Source: an uncultured Syntrophaceae bacterium (lineage in GTDB: Bacteria; Desulfobacterota; Syntrophia; Syntrophales; UBA2192). Taken from it: a stretch of 46,710 nt of DNA. The translations under genes were made by a program, and so were the position numbers. This document shows positions 11,171 through 20,698 of the stretch, piece after piece. The notes under the pieces are model-generated. The model worked only from the letters and a program-made list of their open reading frames with translations. It had not been told where the DNA came from and did not search any database. The DNA lies in contig CAYSDD010000002.1 in NCBI GenBank assembly GCA_964429555.1, forward strand, positions 1 to 46,710, in the 5' to 3' direction. Numbering within the stretch: position 1 is the first letter of the stretch; every line of letters starts with the position of its first letter.

Positions 11171-12136
11171 TCAGATCGCCTCGATCGTGGAGGGCGGCTT
11201 CGTGGCCAGGTTGTAGGTCACGCTCACCACGCCCGGCACGCCGTCGAGGATCCTGCCCGCGATCCGCTCGAGCTTCGGCCAGGGAAGCCGGGTCGGGGTG
11301 GCCTTCCGGGCATCGACGCTGTCCCAGCAGCGCACCTCGATCTGCAGGCCGAAGTCGCGCTTTCCCGCCCGCATGCCCGTGACGCGGTCCTCGTGGAGGA
11401 TCGCCATGTACTGGAAGGCCTTCGTCTTCTGGAGCTCCTCCTCGACGATGACCGTCGCCTTGCGCACCAGCGCGATCTTCATGGGCGTCACCTCGCCGAT
11501 GACCCGCGCCGCCAGGGCCGGGCCCGGGAAGGGGATCCGGTCGAAGAGCGACTTGGGCAGCCCCAGGGCGATGCCCACCTTGCGAACGCCGTCCTTGCGC
11601 AGCTCGATGAGGGGCTCGAGGATCCTGTAGCCGAAGGCCCTCTTCGGGTCGATGCCGATCTGCTCGAAGACGTTGTGCTGGCGCTTGATGCCGGCGGCCG
11701 TCTCCTCGATGTCGGTGAGGATCGTCCCCTGCAGCAGCACCGTGGCCTTGCTCTTCAGCACGAGCTCGCGGAACACCTTCTTGTAGAACGTCTGGGTGAT
11801 CGCTTCCCGCTTGCGCTCGGGGTCCGTGATCCCCCTCATGGCGTCGAAGAAGGCCCGGCGCGCATCGACGATCGTGACGGGGATGCCGAGTTCGGCGAAC
11901 AGGGCCTTGACCCGTTTCGGCTCGCCCTCGCGCATGATGCCGTTGTCGATGAAGTAGGTCTTGAGCTTCCGGCCCAGCGCCCTGTGCGCCAGGGCCGTCA
12001 CGACCGACGAGTCCACGCCGCCCGACAGGGCGCTGATGGCAATCCCGTCGCCGACGGCCTCGCGGATCTCCCGCACCTTTTCGTCGATGAATTTCTTCGG
12101 TTTCAGATCCTTCGCCTTGATCTCCCGGTACTTCAT
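11171..12136 (-). CDS. GMP-synthase-like ATP pyrophosphatase (PP-loop plus dimerisation domain) without a glutamine amidotransferase domain
   Basis: Internal ATG (MKYREIK) preceded by GGAGGAGGGGG. SGGVDSSV PP-loop, ITDPERKRE, C-terminal VTYNLATKPPSTIEAI comparable to the GuaA C-terminus. The HHNVGGLP segment is divergent (QHNVFEQIGIDP). Confidence 0.75.
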   Translation of the reverse strand: MKYREIKAKDLKPKKFIDEKVREIREAVGDGIAISALSGGVDSSVVTALAHRALGRKLKTYFIDNGIMREGEPKRVKALFAELGIPVTIVDARRAFFDAMRGITDPERKREAITQTFYKKVFRELVLKSKATVLLQGTILTDIEETAAGIKRQHNVFEQIGIDPKRAFGYRILEPLIELRKDGVRKVGIALGLPKSLFDRIPFPGPALAARVIGEVTPMKIALVRKATVIVEEELQKTKAFQYMAILHEDRVTGMRAGKRDFGLQIEVRCWDSVDARKATPTRLPWPKLERIAGRILDGVPGVVSVTYNLATKPPSTIEAI

Positions 12137-12247
12137 GACCCCCCTCCTCCGAATGGATGTCCCCGCCGCCGGTCCATGGCCCGTCTCGAGGTGACGAGTT
12201 TGTAACACACCCTTGCCGGATCTTCCAGCCTTTTGATGTCTCCGGCC

Positions 12248-13729
12248 TCACCGACCCTGCCCCTCCGGGCTGCGCTCGATCGCCTCCCCGTAGAGGTCCT
12301 CGTATCGCCTCGCCGCCGCTTCCCAGGTGAAGCGTTTGGCCATGGCCCTCCGGATCAGCCCGGCCACAGCCTCCGGGCGGCTGCCCCAAATCCGCAGGGC
12401 CCGGCGGATCGTGTCGAGAAGGGCATCCGCCGTTGCATCGTCAAACGTGAACCCCGTGCCGGACAGCGTGCCGTCATCATAGTTCTCCACCGTGTCCCGG
12501 AGCCCCCCGGTGGCCCGCACGATGGGAAGGGTCCCGTACCGCATGGCGTACATCTGCGTCAGGCCGCAGGGCTCGAAGCGTGACGGCATGAGGAAGAAAT
12601 CGGCCCCGGCGATGATCCTGTGGGCCAGCGCCTCGTCGTAGCCGATCCGGCAGGCGAAACGGTCCGGCCGTTCGCGGGCGAGACCTTCGAAGAAGGTATG
12701 CGCCCAGGGCTCGCCCGATCCCACCAGGGCGACCTGGACGCCGAGACCCAGGATCCGCGGCAGGGCGTCGGCCACCAGGTCGATCCCCTTCTGCCGGACG
12801 AGACGGGAGACAACGCCTGCGAGGGGCACCGCGGGGTCTTCCGGAAGACCCAGGATCCCCTGCAGGTCTTTCTTGCAAAGGGCCTTGCCCCGCAGATCCG
12901 CCGCGGAATAGGCCGCCGCGATGAACCGGTCCGTCTCGGGGTCCCACTCCCCGTAGTCCGCGCCGTTGAGGATCCCGAGCAGGTCCGAGGCGCGGTCCCG
13001 GATGACCCCCTCGATCCCGTAGGCGAATTCGGGCTGCAGGATCTCGCGGGCGTAGGTCGGGCTCACGGTGTTGATCCGCGTGGCATGGTAGATCCCTCCC
13101 TTGAGCAGGTTGACCCGGTCGAAGAATTCCAGCCCGCGAAGTTGAAAGTGTTCCCAGCCGACGCCGAGGATCTCCATGAGCCCCTTGTCGAAGACCCCCT
13201 GCTGGAGCAGGTTGTGCAGGGTCAAGACACTCGCCGCCGCCGACAGCGTCCCGTCGTCGCGGTACAGGGTGTTGAGCAAGACGGGGACCGCGGCGGTGTG
13301 CCAGTCGTGGACGTGCACGATGTCGGGCCTCCAGCCGTCGCGCCGGACGATCTCCAGGGCCGCCCGGGACAGCAAGACGAAGCGCTCGCCGTTGTCCGGG
13401 TATCCCTCGCCGTCTTCCTGGTAGATCCCTCTCCTTCCGTAAAACGGGTCGTAATCGACGAACGAAACGGGGACCCCCGTGCCCGGGAGGCGCCCCTCGA
13501 AAACGGTGCACGCCAGGTGCCCCAGGCGGCCCATGGGCACAGGCAGAGGCGGGCCGGCCGGCCGGAGCCTCCAGGCCCCCCGGTCGATTCTCCCGTACAG
13601 GGGGATGACCGCCCGGATCCCGTGGCCGCGCAGGGAAAGCGCCTTCGTGAGCGACCCGACGGCATCGGCCAGGCCGCCTTCCTTGGCGAAGGGGGCCAGT
13701 TCGGCGGCGACCATGAGGATCTTCAGCAT
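12248..13729 (-). CDS. glgA: Glycogen synthase (ADP-glucose type)
   Basis: 493 aa. MLKILMVAAELAPFAKEGGLADAVGSLTKAL, HDWHTA, C-terminal PSRFEPCGLTQMYAMRYGT. Confidence 0.95.
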   Translation of the reverse strand: MLKILMVAAELAPFAKEGGLADAVGSLTKALSLRGHGIRAVIPLYGRIDRGAWRLRPAGPPLPVPMGRLGHLACTVFEGRLPGTGVPVSFVDYDPFYGRRGIYQEDGEGYPDNGERFVLLSRAALEIVRRDGWRPDIVHVHDWHTAAVPVLLNTLYRDDGTLSAAASVLTLHNLLQQGVFDKGLMEILGVGWEHFQLRGLEFFDRVNLLKGGIYHATRINTVSPTYAREILQPEFAYGIEGVIRDRASDLLGILNGADYGEWDPETDRFIAAAYSAADLRGKALCKKDLQGILGLPEDPAVPLAGVVSRLVRQKGIDLVADALPRILGLGVQVALVGSGEPWAHTFFEGLARERPDRFACRIGYDEALAHRIIAGADFFLMPSRFEPCGLTQMYAMRYGTLPIVRATGGLRDTVENYDDGTLSGTGFTFDDATADALLDTIRRALRIWGSRPEAVAGLIRRAMAKRFTWEAAARRYEDLYGEAIERSPEGQGR

Positions 13730-13750
13730 CGGGACCGGCCTTTCCCGCCC

Positions 13751-15100
13751 TCACGCAGAGAGGACGGCCTGCGCGATGGAAAAATAGATGAGCAGACCCA
13801 GAATGTCCATGACGGAGGCGATCAGCGGGTTGCTCGCCACGGCGGGGTCGACGCGGAAACGCTGCAGGACCACGGGCAGGACGACGCCCAGCAGGCTCGA
13901 CACGATGACGATCGAGATCATGGCCAGCGAGACGATCATGGCGATCCGGGCATCGCCCTTGAAGAACCCGAGGACCCAGCTCGCCAGGCCCATCGTCACG
14001 CCGAGGAGCAGACCGATCCCGATTTCCCGCAGGAGGGCCCCGAGCCACTGGCCCTCCCGGATATCGCCCGTGGCGAGAGCCCGGATCATGAGGGTGGCCG
14101 ACTGGTTGCCCGTGTTGCCCCCCGTGCCGATGAGCAGCGGGATGAAGAACGCCAGCGCGATGGCCGAGTTCAGCGTGTCGGCCTGCGCCGAGAGGATCCC
14201 CGTCGTGACCACGCTGATCCCCAGCAGGGAGGCGAGCCAGGCGACCCGCTTGCCGTAGAGCGACAGGACGGAGGACTCGCGGTAGCTTGTCTTCAGTGGG
14301 GCGACGGCCGCCGATTTCTGGAAGTCCTCCGTCACCTCCTCCTCGGCCACGTCGATGAGGTCGTCGACCGTCACGATGCCGAGCAGGATCCCGCTGGCGT
14401 CCACGACGGGCAGGGCCGTGATGTCGTAGCGCGAGATGAGCTGCACCGCCTTCTCGCGGTCCTCGAAGGCGGTGATGCGGATGACCGACTCCTCCATGAT
14501 CCCGCCGATCCGCTCGGACGGCGACGCGAGGATGAGGCGGCGGAGCCCCAGGACGCCGACGAGCTTCCAGCGGGCATCGGTGACGTAGATGACGTTGATC
14601 GTCTCGCTGTCCTTGCCCTTGAGCCGCACGTGGGCCAGGGCCTCCTCGACCGTCCACTCGGGCCGCACGGCCACGTAGTCGGGCGTCATGAGGCGGCCGA
14701 CGCTCTCCTCGGGGTAACCGAGAAGCTGCAGCGTCTCCCTGCGGTCCTCGGGGGTGAGCAGGTTGAGCAGCTTCTGGATCGCCTGGCCGGGCAGCGCCTG
14801 CAGGAACTCCGCCCGGTCGTCGGGGCTGAGCCCCGCCAGGACCATCCGCGCCTCCTCCGCCGTAAAGGCCTGGAGGAGGTTCTTCTGCGCCCTGTCCTCG
14901 AGGTAGGAGAAGACCTTGGCGAGCATCTCCCGCGGCAGCAGGCGCAGCACGACGATGCGGTCCCTCTCGCTCAGCCGCTCGATGGTGTCGGAGATGTCCG
15001 GTTCGGGAAGCTCGACGAGCAGTTCGCGCAGCTCGGTCCATTGCCGATTCGCGATCAGCTCCTCGATCTCCGGTTTCAGCAGTTCAAAGGTCTTCGCCAT
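13751..15100 (-). CDS. mgtE: Magnesium transporter MgtE
   Basis: 449 aa. MgtE N-domain, tandem CBS domains, C-terminal TM domain with GTGGNTGNQSATL. Confidence 0.95.
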   Translation of the reverse strand: MAKTFELLKPEIEELIANRQWTELRELLVELPEPDISDTIERLSERDRIVVLRLLPREMLAKVFSYLEDRAQKNLLQAFTAEEARMVLAGLSPDDRAEFLQALPGQAIQKLLNLLTPEDRRETLQLLGYPEESVGRLMTPDYVAVRPEWTVEEALAHVRLKGKDSETINVIYVTDARWKLVGVLGLRRLILASPSERIGGIMEESVIRITAFEDREKAVQLISRYDITALPVVDASGILLGIVTVDDLIDVAEEEVTEDFQKSAAVAPLKTSYRESSVLSLYGKRVAWLASLLGISVVTTGILSAQADTLNSAIALAFFIPLLIGTGGNTGNQSATLMIRALATGDIREGQWLGALLREIGIGLLLGVTMGLASWVLGFFKGDARIAMIVSLAMISIVIVSSLLGVVLPVVLQRFRVDPAVASNPLIASVMDILGLLIYFSIAQAVLSA

Positions 15101-15112
15101 GCGCCTGCCGCC

Positions 15113-16858
15113 CTATTCCTCGAGCACGTAGGTCCCCGGCGCGTCGCCGAGCGGCGGGTACCCCGCGTCCCTTGCGCCGGTCGGCGGGGGCGGCACGGGC
15201 TCCCCGGAGAGCGCCGCCAGCCAGGAGAACCAGGACGGCCACCAGGAGCCTTTCTGCGGCGGGTTCTGCTCCACCCAGCGGTCGGGGTCGACGTGGCGGT
15301 CCGATTCCCGCTTCGTGGCGATGCGGAAAAAGGCCCGGTCGTTTCCGGGCGGGTTGACGACGCCCACGTTGTGGCCGCCGCTCGTCAGCACGAAGGTGAT
15401 GTCCGTGTCCGCCAGGAGGTGGATCTTGTAAACCGAGCGCCAGGGGGAGACGTGGTCCGTCTCGGTCCCGACGACGAAGAGGGGCACGCGGATGTCCCCC
15501 AGGGCGACCGGCTGCCCGCCCGCCTCGAAGCGCCCCTGGGCCAGGTCGTTCTGCAGGTAGAGGCGCCTGAGGTACTCGGTGTGCATGCGGTAGGGCATGC
15601 GGGTCGCGTCGGCGTTCCAGGCCATCAGGTCGTTCATGGGGCGGCGCTCGCCCATGAGGTAGTCATGGACGTAGCGGGACCAGATCAGGTCGTTGGTCCG
15701 CAGCATCTGGAAGGCGCCCGCCATCTGGCGGGAATCCAGGTATCCCTGGTCCCACATCATGTTCTCGAGGAAGGTGACCTGGCTCTCGTCGATGAAGAGC
15801 GTGAGCTCGCCGGGCTCCGAGAAATCCGTCTGGGACGTCAGGAGGGTGACGCTCCGGAGCCTCTCGTCGCCGTCTCGCGCCATGGCGGCCGCCGCGATCG
15901 TCAGAAGCGTGCCCCCGAGGCAGTACCCCGCGGCGTGGATCTTCTGCCCGGGGACGATGGCCGAGACGGCGTGCAGGGCGTCCATGACGCCGAGGGTCCT
16001 GTAGTCTTCCAGCCCCAGGTCCCGGTCCTCGGGGCCGGGGTTCTTCCAGGAGATCACGAACACGGTGTGACCCTTTTCGACGAGGTGGCGCACGAGGGAG
16101 TTGTGCGGAGAGAGATCCAGGATGTAGTACTTCATGATCCAGGCCGGCACGATGAGGACCGGCTCCGGCCGGACCGTCTCCGTGGCGGGAGCATACTGGA
16201 TCAGCTCGATGAGCCGGTTGCGGTAGACGACCTTGCCGGGCGTCACGGCCAGGTTGCGCCCCACCTCGAAGGCCTCGGCCCCCGCGGGCTTTTTCCCGAG
16301 GACGGCGCGCCCCCAGTCGTCGAAGAGGTGCTGGGCCCCGCGGACGAGGTTCCTGCCGCCCTGCTCGATCGTGGCGCCCAGGATCTCGGGGTTCGACCAG
16401 AGGTAGTTCGACGGCGAGAAGATGTCGAGCCACTGCCGCGCCGCGAAGGAGACGAAATCGTCGTGGCGGCGCGAGACGCCCTGGACGCCGCTCGTCGCGT
16501 TGTGCCACCACTGCTGGGCCAGCAGGAAGGACTGCCAGTAGAGCCTGTAGGGCCAGCGCTGCCAGGCCTCGCCGGTGAAACGCCGGTCCTGCGGCAGGGG
16601 CTCGATGCAGGGGGCGCTGTCGCCCTCGCAGGCGCATCGCTGCAGGTACAGGGAGAGCCGGAGAGCCTTGCGGACGGCCTTCTCGGCGATCTGCGCCTGC
16701 TTGGCCGGCGAATAGGCCAGGTGCATCAGCCAGTCCAGGTATGCCAGCATCATGGAAGCCGGGGACAGCCCGCCCGTGAAGCGCCCCAGCCAGGCGTGGA
16801 CGAGACGGTCGAGGTTGCTGCCGACAAACGGCGTCGGGGGGGTCTGTTTCGAGTTCAT
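15113..16858 (-). CDS. phaC: Class I poly(3-hydroxyalkanoate) synthase
   Basis: Internal ATG (MNSKQTPP) preceded by GGAAGGAGGAACAGG. Lipase box GYCLGG. 581 aa. The 139-aa upstream extension in the track is Arg/Ser/Pro junk. Confidence 0.9.
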   Translation of the reverse strand: MNSKQTPPTPFVGSNLDRLVHAWLGRFTGGLSPASMMLAYLDWLMHLAYSPAKQAQIAEKAVRKALRLSLYLQRCACEGDSAPCIEPLPQDRRFTGEAWQRWPYRLYWQSFLLAQQWWHNATSGVQGVSRRHDDFVSFAARQWLDIFSPSNYLWSNPEILGATIEQGGRNLVRGAQHLFDDWGRAVLGKKPAGAEAFEVGRNLAVTPGKVVYRNRLIELIQYAPATETVRPEPVLIVPAWIMKYYILDLSPHNSLVRHLVEKGHTVFVISWKNPGPEDRDLGLEDYRTLGVMDALHAVSAIVPGQKIHAAGYCLGGTLLTIAAAAMARDGDERLRSVTLLTSQTDFSEPGELTLFIDESQVTFLENMMWDQGYLDSRQMAGAFQMLRTNDLIWSRYVHDYLMGERRPMNDLMAWNADATRMPYRMHTEYLRRLYLQNDLAQGRFEAGGQPVALGDIRVPLFVVGTETDHVSPWRSVYKIHLLADTDITFVLTSGGHNVGVVNPPGNDRAFFRIATKRESDRHVDPDRWVEQNPPQKGSWWPSWFSWLAALSGEPVPPPPTGARDAGYPPLGDAPGTYVLEE

Positions 16859-16913
16859 CCTGTTCCTCCTTCCCGGGTGTCTTTTCGAGGGCCGGGCCTG
16901 CGCTCGGCCGGGT

Positions 16914-17600
16914 TCAGTCCCCGCGGGGCCGGCGGCCGCGGTGGTCCTCGTCCTGGATGGCCTGGAACTCACGGTCTGCGATCTCCAGGAGGCCCGCCAG
17001 GGCCGCCAGGCGGCGCCGCGTGGAGGCCGGCATGGCCCGCACGGACTTGTACTGGATGTCGTGCTCGATCTCGGCCCAGGCGTGCTGCAGGATCGTCCGG
17101 ACCTGGATCTCGGCGACGAGCCCCCGGAAGCCCTCCCGGTCGGGCCGGTCGGTCTCCTCCGGCGGCAGCTCCACCAGGTAGTGCACGCTCTGATACCCGA
17201 ACCGCCCGGAGGCCTGGAGCGTCTCCGACTTGTTGTCCCTCTCGAGCACGAAGAACCGCTCCCGGATGACGGCATCGATCTCGGACACGGTCCGGGGAAA
17301 GAACGTGATGACCCGCACGCCGGCCAGGTCCGTCACCCACCGCAGGGGGTCCTCGACGGCCATCGAGGTCCTCTTCGCGGCCAGAATCCGAAGGATCTTC
17401 CTCTCCACGTTCTCCGGCGTCTTGGCCCGCGCCTCGATGGAGTGAATCCGGATGGAACGCTGCGCAATGCGCTCCAGGAGATCCTGGCGGATGATTCGGC
17501 AGAACGCCTCGTAGGCGGGCCGCAGCGACGCATAGCGCTGCAGGGCCCCGGAGAGGCGGGTTTCGGCCATCCCCGCGTGCATGCTCTTCAGGCTCCTCAT
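16914..17600 (-). CDS. Small RelA/SpoT-domain protein (small alarmone synthetase-like nucleotide pyrophosphokinase)
   Basis: DLAGVRVITFF, GYQSVHYLV and EIQVRTILQHAWAEIEHD synthetase motifs. ATG 17600 overlaps the ATPase stop as ATGA. No hydrolase (HD) domain. Confidence 0.8.
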   Translation of the reverse strand: MRSLKSMHAGMAETRLSGALQRYASLRPAYEAFCRIIRQDLLERIAQRSIRIHSIEARAKTPENVERKILRILAAKRTSMAVEDPLRWVTDLAGVRVITFFPRTVSEIDAVIRERFFVLERDNKSETLQASGRFGYQSVHYLVELPPEETDRPDREGFRGLVAEIQVRTILQHAWAEIEHDIQYKSVRAMPASTRRRLAALAGLLEIADREFQAIQDEDHRGRRPRGD

Positions 17601-20362
17601 GACCGACTCCTTTCCCCCCCCGCCAGGGACGCCGCGGCGGGCGTGGCGCGCTCTCTCAGCCATTTCTCCCCGCCGACGGCCAGGGAGACGGCGAGGGAGA
17701 CGGCGACGACGGCGGCCCAGTCGGCAAGCGCCAGGGGAGCGCTGTGGAACAGGGTGTTCATCCACGGGTGGTAGGTGTAGAAGAGCTGCAGCGCAACCGT
17801 GGCGGCCGATCCGCCGAGCACCCAGGGATTCGAGAAGAACCCCAGGCTCCGCATCGAGTGCCGCAGGGAACGGCAATTGAAGAGGTAGAAGAGCTCGATC
17901 ATGACGATCACGTTGACGGCTACGGTCCGCGCCTCGGCCAGCCCGGCACCGGATTGTTTCTTCAGCAGGAACAGCGCAAAGACGCCGAGCAGCATCAGGA
18001 CGCTCACCAGGATGATCCGCTGGATCAGGACCCCCGTCAGGATCGGGCTGTCCGGGACCCGGGGCGGCCGGAACATGACGTCAGACTCCTTGGTTTCGAA
18101 GGCCAGCATCAGCCCCAGCAGCACGGCGGTGGTCATGTTGATCCAGAGGATCTGCACGGGCAGCACCGGCAGGGCGACACCCGTGCCCGCCAGGACGGAG
18201 GTGATGATCACGAGGGCCTCGCCCCCGTTGGTGGGCAGCGTCCAGACGAAGAACTTCGTCAGGTTGTCGAAGATGCGGCGCCCCTCCTCGACGGCCGCCT
18301 CGATGGTGGCGAAGTTGTCGTCGGTGAGAACCATGTCCGCGGCCTCCTTGGCGACCTCCGTCCCCGTGATGCCCATGGCGATCCCGATGTCGGCCTGTTT
18401 CAGGGCCGGCGCGTCGTTGACGCCGTCGCCCGTCATGGCGACGACGTGGCCCCTGGCCTGCAGGGCCTCGACGAGCCGCAGCTTCTGCTCCGGGGCGACG
18501 CGGGCAAAGACCCTGGCCCGCCCCGCCACGTCGATGAGCTCCGCGTCGGAGAGTGCCTGCAGCTCCCGCCCGGTCACGGCGACGTCCCGGCCGTTTCCGG
18601 CGGCGGGGTCCGTCAGGCCGAGTTGGGCCGCGATGGCCGCCGCCGTGACGGCGTGGTCCCCCGTGATCATCTTGACCTCGACGCCCGCCGTCCTGCAGGT
18701 CTCGATCGCCTTCATCGCCTCCTGCCGGGGCGGGTCGATCATGCCCTGCAGCCCCAGAAAGGTCAGGCCCGCAATGCCGTCGGCCGATTCGAAGGCCCTC
18801 TGCGCCGCCGGCAGTTCTTTCCGGGCGAAGGCGAGCACCCGGAGGCCCTCTGACGCCATGGCCTCGGCGGCCTGCAGGACCGAATCCCGGTCGAGAGCGT
18901 CCGCGGAGCCGTCGCGGGCAAGGGCCTGCGTGCTCTGCTCGAGCACCTTCTCGACGGCGCCCTTGACGTAGGCGACGGGCGCCCGGCCTTCGCCCGGGTC
19001 GTGCAGCGTGGCCATGTAGGCCCTCTCCGACTCGAAGGGGATGACGTCGATCCGAGTCCATGCGCCGCCCGTGCCGGGCTGCAGGCCCGCCTTGGCGGCG
19101 GAGACGAGGAGGGCCCCTTCCGTCGGGTCGCCCTCGATCCCCCAGCGCCCCTCCTGTTGAACCAGCCGGGAATCGTTGCACAGCAGCCCCGCCCGGAGGC
19201 ACTCCGCGAGGGCCGGGGACGAGTCCGGGTCGGCCGGGGCGCCGCCCGCAAGGATCTCCCCCTCGGGCGCGTAGCCGCTCCCGGTGATCTCGTAGAGTTC
19301 CCCGCCGGCGCTGATTTTCTGCACCGTCATCTGGTTCTCCGTCAGGGTGCCCGTCTTGTCGGAGCAGATCACCGTTGTGCTCCCCAGCGTCTCGACGGCG
19401 GGGAGCTTTCGGATGATGGCGTGGACGTCGGCCATCCGCTTCACCCCGATCGCCAGGGTGATCGTCACGGCGGCGGGAAGACCCTCGGGAATGGCGCTCA
19501 CCGCCAGGGCGACGGCCGCCATGAACATCTCGAGGGCGGTGTGCCCGACGAACCATCCCGCGAAGAACATGGCGGCAGAAACCGCCAGGATGACGACGAG
19601 GAGCACCCGGCTGAAGTGGGCGATCTTCCTCGTCAGGGGCGTCGAGATCTCGACGGCCGCGGCGATGAGGCCCGAGATGCGGCCGGTCTCCGTCCGGTCG
19701 CCCGTGGCGACGACGATGCCGCGGCCCTGGCCGAAGGTCACCAGCGTCCCGGCGTAGGCCATGTTTCCGCGGTCTGCAAGGACCGTATCCGTGGGCATCA
19801 CGTCGACGTGCTTGGCGACCGGGACGGACTCGCCCGTCAGGGCCGACTCGTCGACCTGGAGCTCCCGCGAGACGAAGAGGCGCAGATCGGCAGGGACCTT
19901 GTCGCCCGACTGCAGCAGGACGATGTCGCCCGGGACGAGATCGGCGGACGGCACCGTGTGCGGGGAGCCGTCCCGCAGGACGACGGCCTGGGTCGTCATC
20001 ATCGTCATGAGGGACTCGATCGCGCTCTCCGCCCGCGATTCCTGGATGAACCCGACGACGGCGTTGACGAGGACCACGCCGAAGATGACCGAGGAGTCGA
20101 CCCACTCGCCGAGGGCCGCCGTCACGGCCCCCGCGCCGATCAGGATGTAGATGAGCGGCTGGTGGAACTGCAGCAGGAACCGCATCAGCGGACCGGTCTT
20201 CTTTCTCGGCGTCACGCGGTTGGGGCCGAAGCGGGCAAGCCGGTCGGCGGCATCGGCGGACGTCAGGCCCCGCTCGAGATCCGTGACGAACTCGGCCGCC
20301 GTTTCCTCGACGGGACACCCGTGGCAGGGCTGTTCCGGCAGCTGCGTCAACATGGCGGACAT
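17597..20362 (-). CDS. Cation-transporting P-type ATPase (P2/Ca2+-Mg2+-like class)
   Basis: 921 aa. DKTGTLTENQMTV, TGDHAVTA, MTGDGVNDAPALKQADIGIAMG, cation-ATPase N-domain (GLTSADAADRLARFGPNRV). Confidence 0.9.
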   Translation of the reverse strand: MSAMLTQLPEQPCHGCPVEETAAEFVTDLERGLTSADAADRLARFGPNRVTPRKKTGPLMRFLLQFHQPLIYILIGAGAVTAALGEWVDSSVIFGVVLVNAVVGFIQESRAESAIESLMTMMTTQAVVLRDGSPHTVPSADLVPGDIVLLQSGDKVPADLRLFVSRELQVDESALTGESVPVAKHVDVMPTDTVLADRGNMAYAGTLVTFGQGRGIVVATGDRTETGRISGLIAAAVEISTPLTRKIAHFSRVLLVVILAVSAAMFFAGWFVGHTALEMFMAAVALAVSAIPEGLPAAVTITLAIGVKRMADVHAIIRKLPAVETLGSTTVICSDKTGTLTENQMTVQKISAGGELYEITGSGYAPEGEILAGGAPADPDSSPALAECLRAGLLCNDSRLVQQEGRWGIEGDPTEGALLVSAAKAGLQPGTGGAWTRIDVIPFESERAYMATLHDPGEGRAPVAYVKGAVEKVLEQSTQALARDGSADALDRDSVLQAAEAMASEGLRVLAFARKELPAAQRAFESADGIAGLTFLGLQGMIDPPRQEAMKAIETCRTAGVEVKMITGDHAVTAAAIAAQLGLTDPAAGNGRDVAVTGRELQALSDAELIDVAGRARVFARVAPEQKLRLVEALQARGHVVAMTGDGVNDAPALKQADIGIAMGITGTEVAKEAADMVLTDDNFATIEAAVEEGRRIFDNLTKFFVWTLPTNGGEALVIITSVLAGTGVALPVLPVQILWINMTTAVLLGLMLAFETKESDVMFRPPRVPDSPILTGVLIQRIILVSVLMLLGVFALFLLKKQSGAGLAEARTVAVNVIVMIELFYLFNCRSLRHSMRSLGFFSNPWVLGGSAATVALQLFYTYHPWMNTLFHSAPLALADWAAVVAVSLAVSLAVGGEKWLRERATPAAASLAGGERSRS

Positions 20363-20596
20363 CTTCTCCTCGGGGGCAGACGGCTTGCGGATACGGGGTT
20401 GCCGGTCTCGAACGACGGGCCTGGACGCGTCGGGGATTCCCCGGTAGCGGATGCCGGGGTCACGGGGGGCGGCAGAGAGCCCGGGCCCGGATACATGTCA
20501 GGCCGCAATCCGACGTCCGTCTGATGGCGGCCCGACCATCGGCAGATCACCTCCGGAATCGCGCTTCCGGACCCGTTTCCGTTCACTCGTTTCGAC

Positions 20597-20626
20597 TACA
20601 ATAAAAAAGAGAGAGGCCGCCTGTCA
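20597..20626 (-). promoter_or_regulatory. Sigma70-like promoter for the ATPase operon
   Basis: Minus strand TTGACA (20626-20621), 18-nt spacer, TATTGT (20602-20597). Leaves a ~230-nt leader before ATG 20362. Confidence 0.5.
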
Positions 20627-20698
20627 ATGCTTTTCGGATTTCCATCGGGATTCCGGCAACGTGCCCCGCCGGGCCGGGCCCCGGAACCGCGGGGGCCC

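Noticed and set aside
12620-17269. 1549-aa ORF on the + strand
   Set aside because: It is entirely antisense to glgA, mgtE and phaC, which have clear family signatures. Its Arg/Gly/Pro/Asp-rich low-complexity translation is typical of open antisense frames in high-GC DNA.
16859-17275. N-terminal extensions of phaC (to 17275), of the RelA/SpoT-domain gene (to 17876), of treT (to 25370), and of others suggested by the track
   Set aside because: The extensions are low-complexity, overlap upstream genes and lack an SD. Internal ATGs with good SDs give family-typical lengths.
20347-20586. 79-aa Pro-rich ORF overlapping the ATPase start
   Set aside because: No SD, a composition driven by GC content, and overlap with the ATPase start codon region. 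Only the short 13-codon uORF with a strong SD was retained as a candidate.
20363-20640. M-box (Mg2+) riboswitch upstream of the ATPase, and a c-di-AMP (ydaO-type) riboswitch in the otsA leader (28180-28420)
   Set aside because: I looked for the conserved cores as I remember them and could not align them. Only generic hairpins were found. These are kept as unexplained leaders, not called as known riboswitches.
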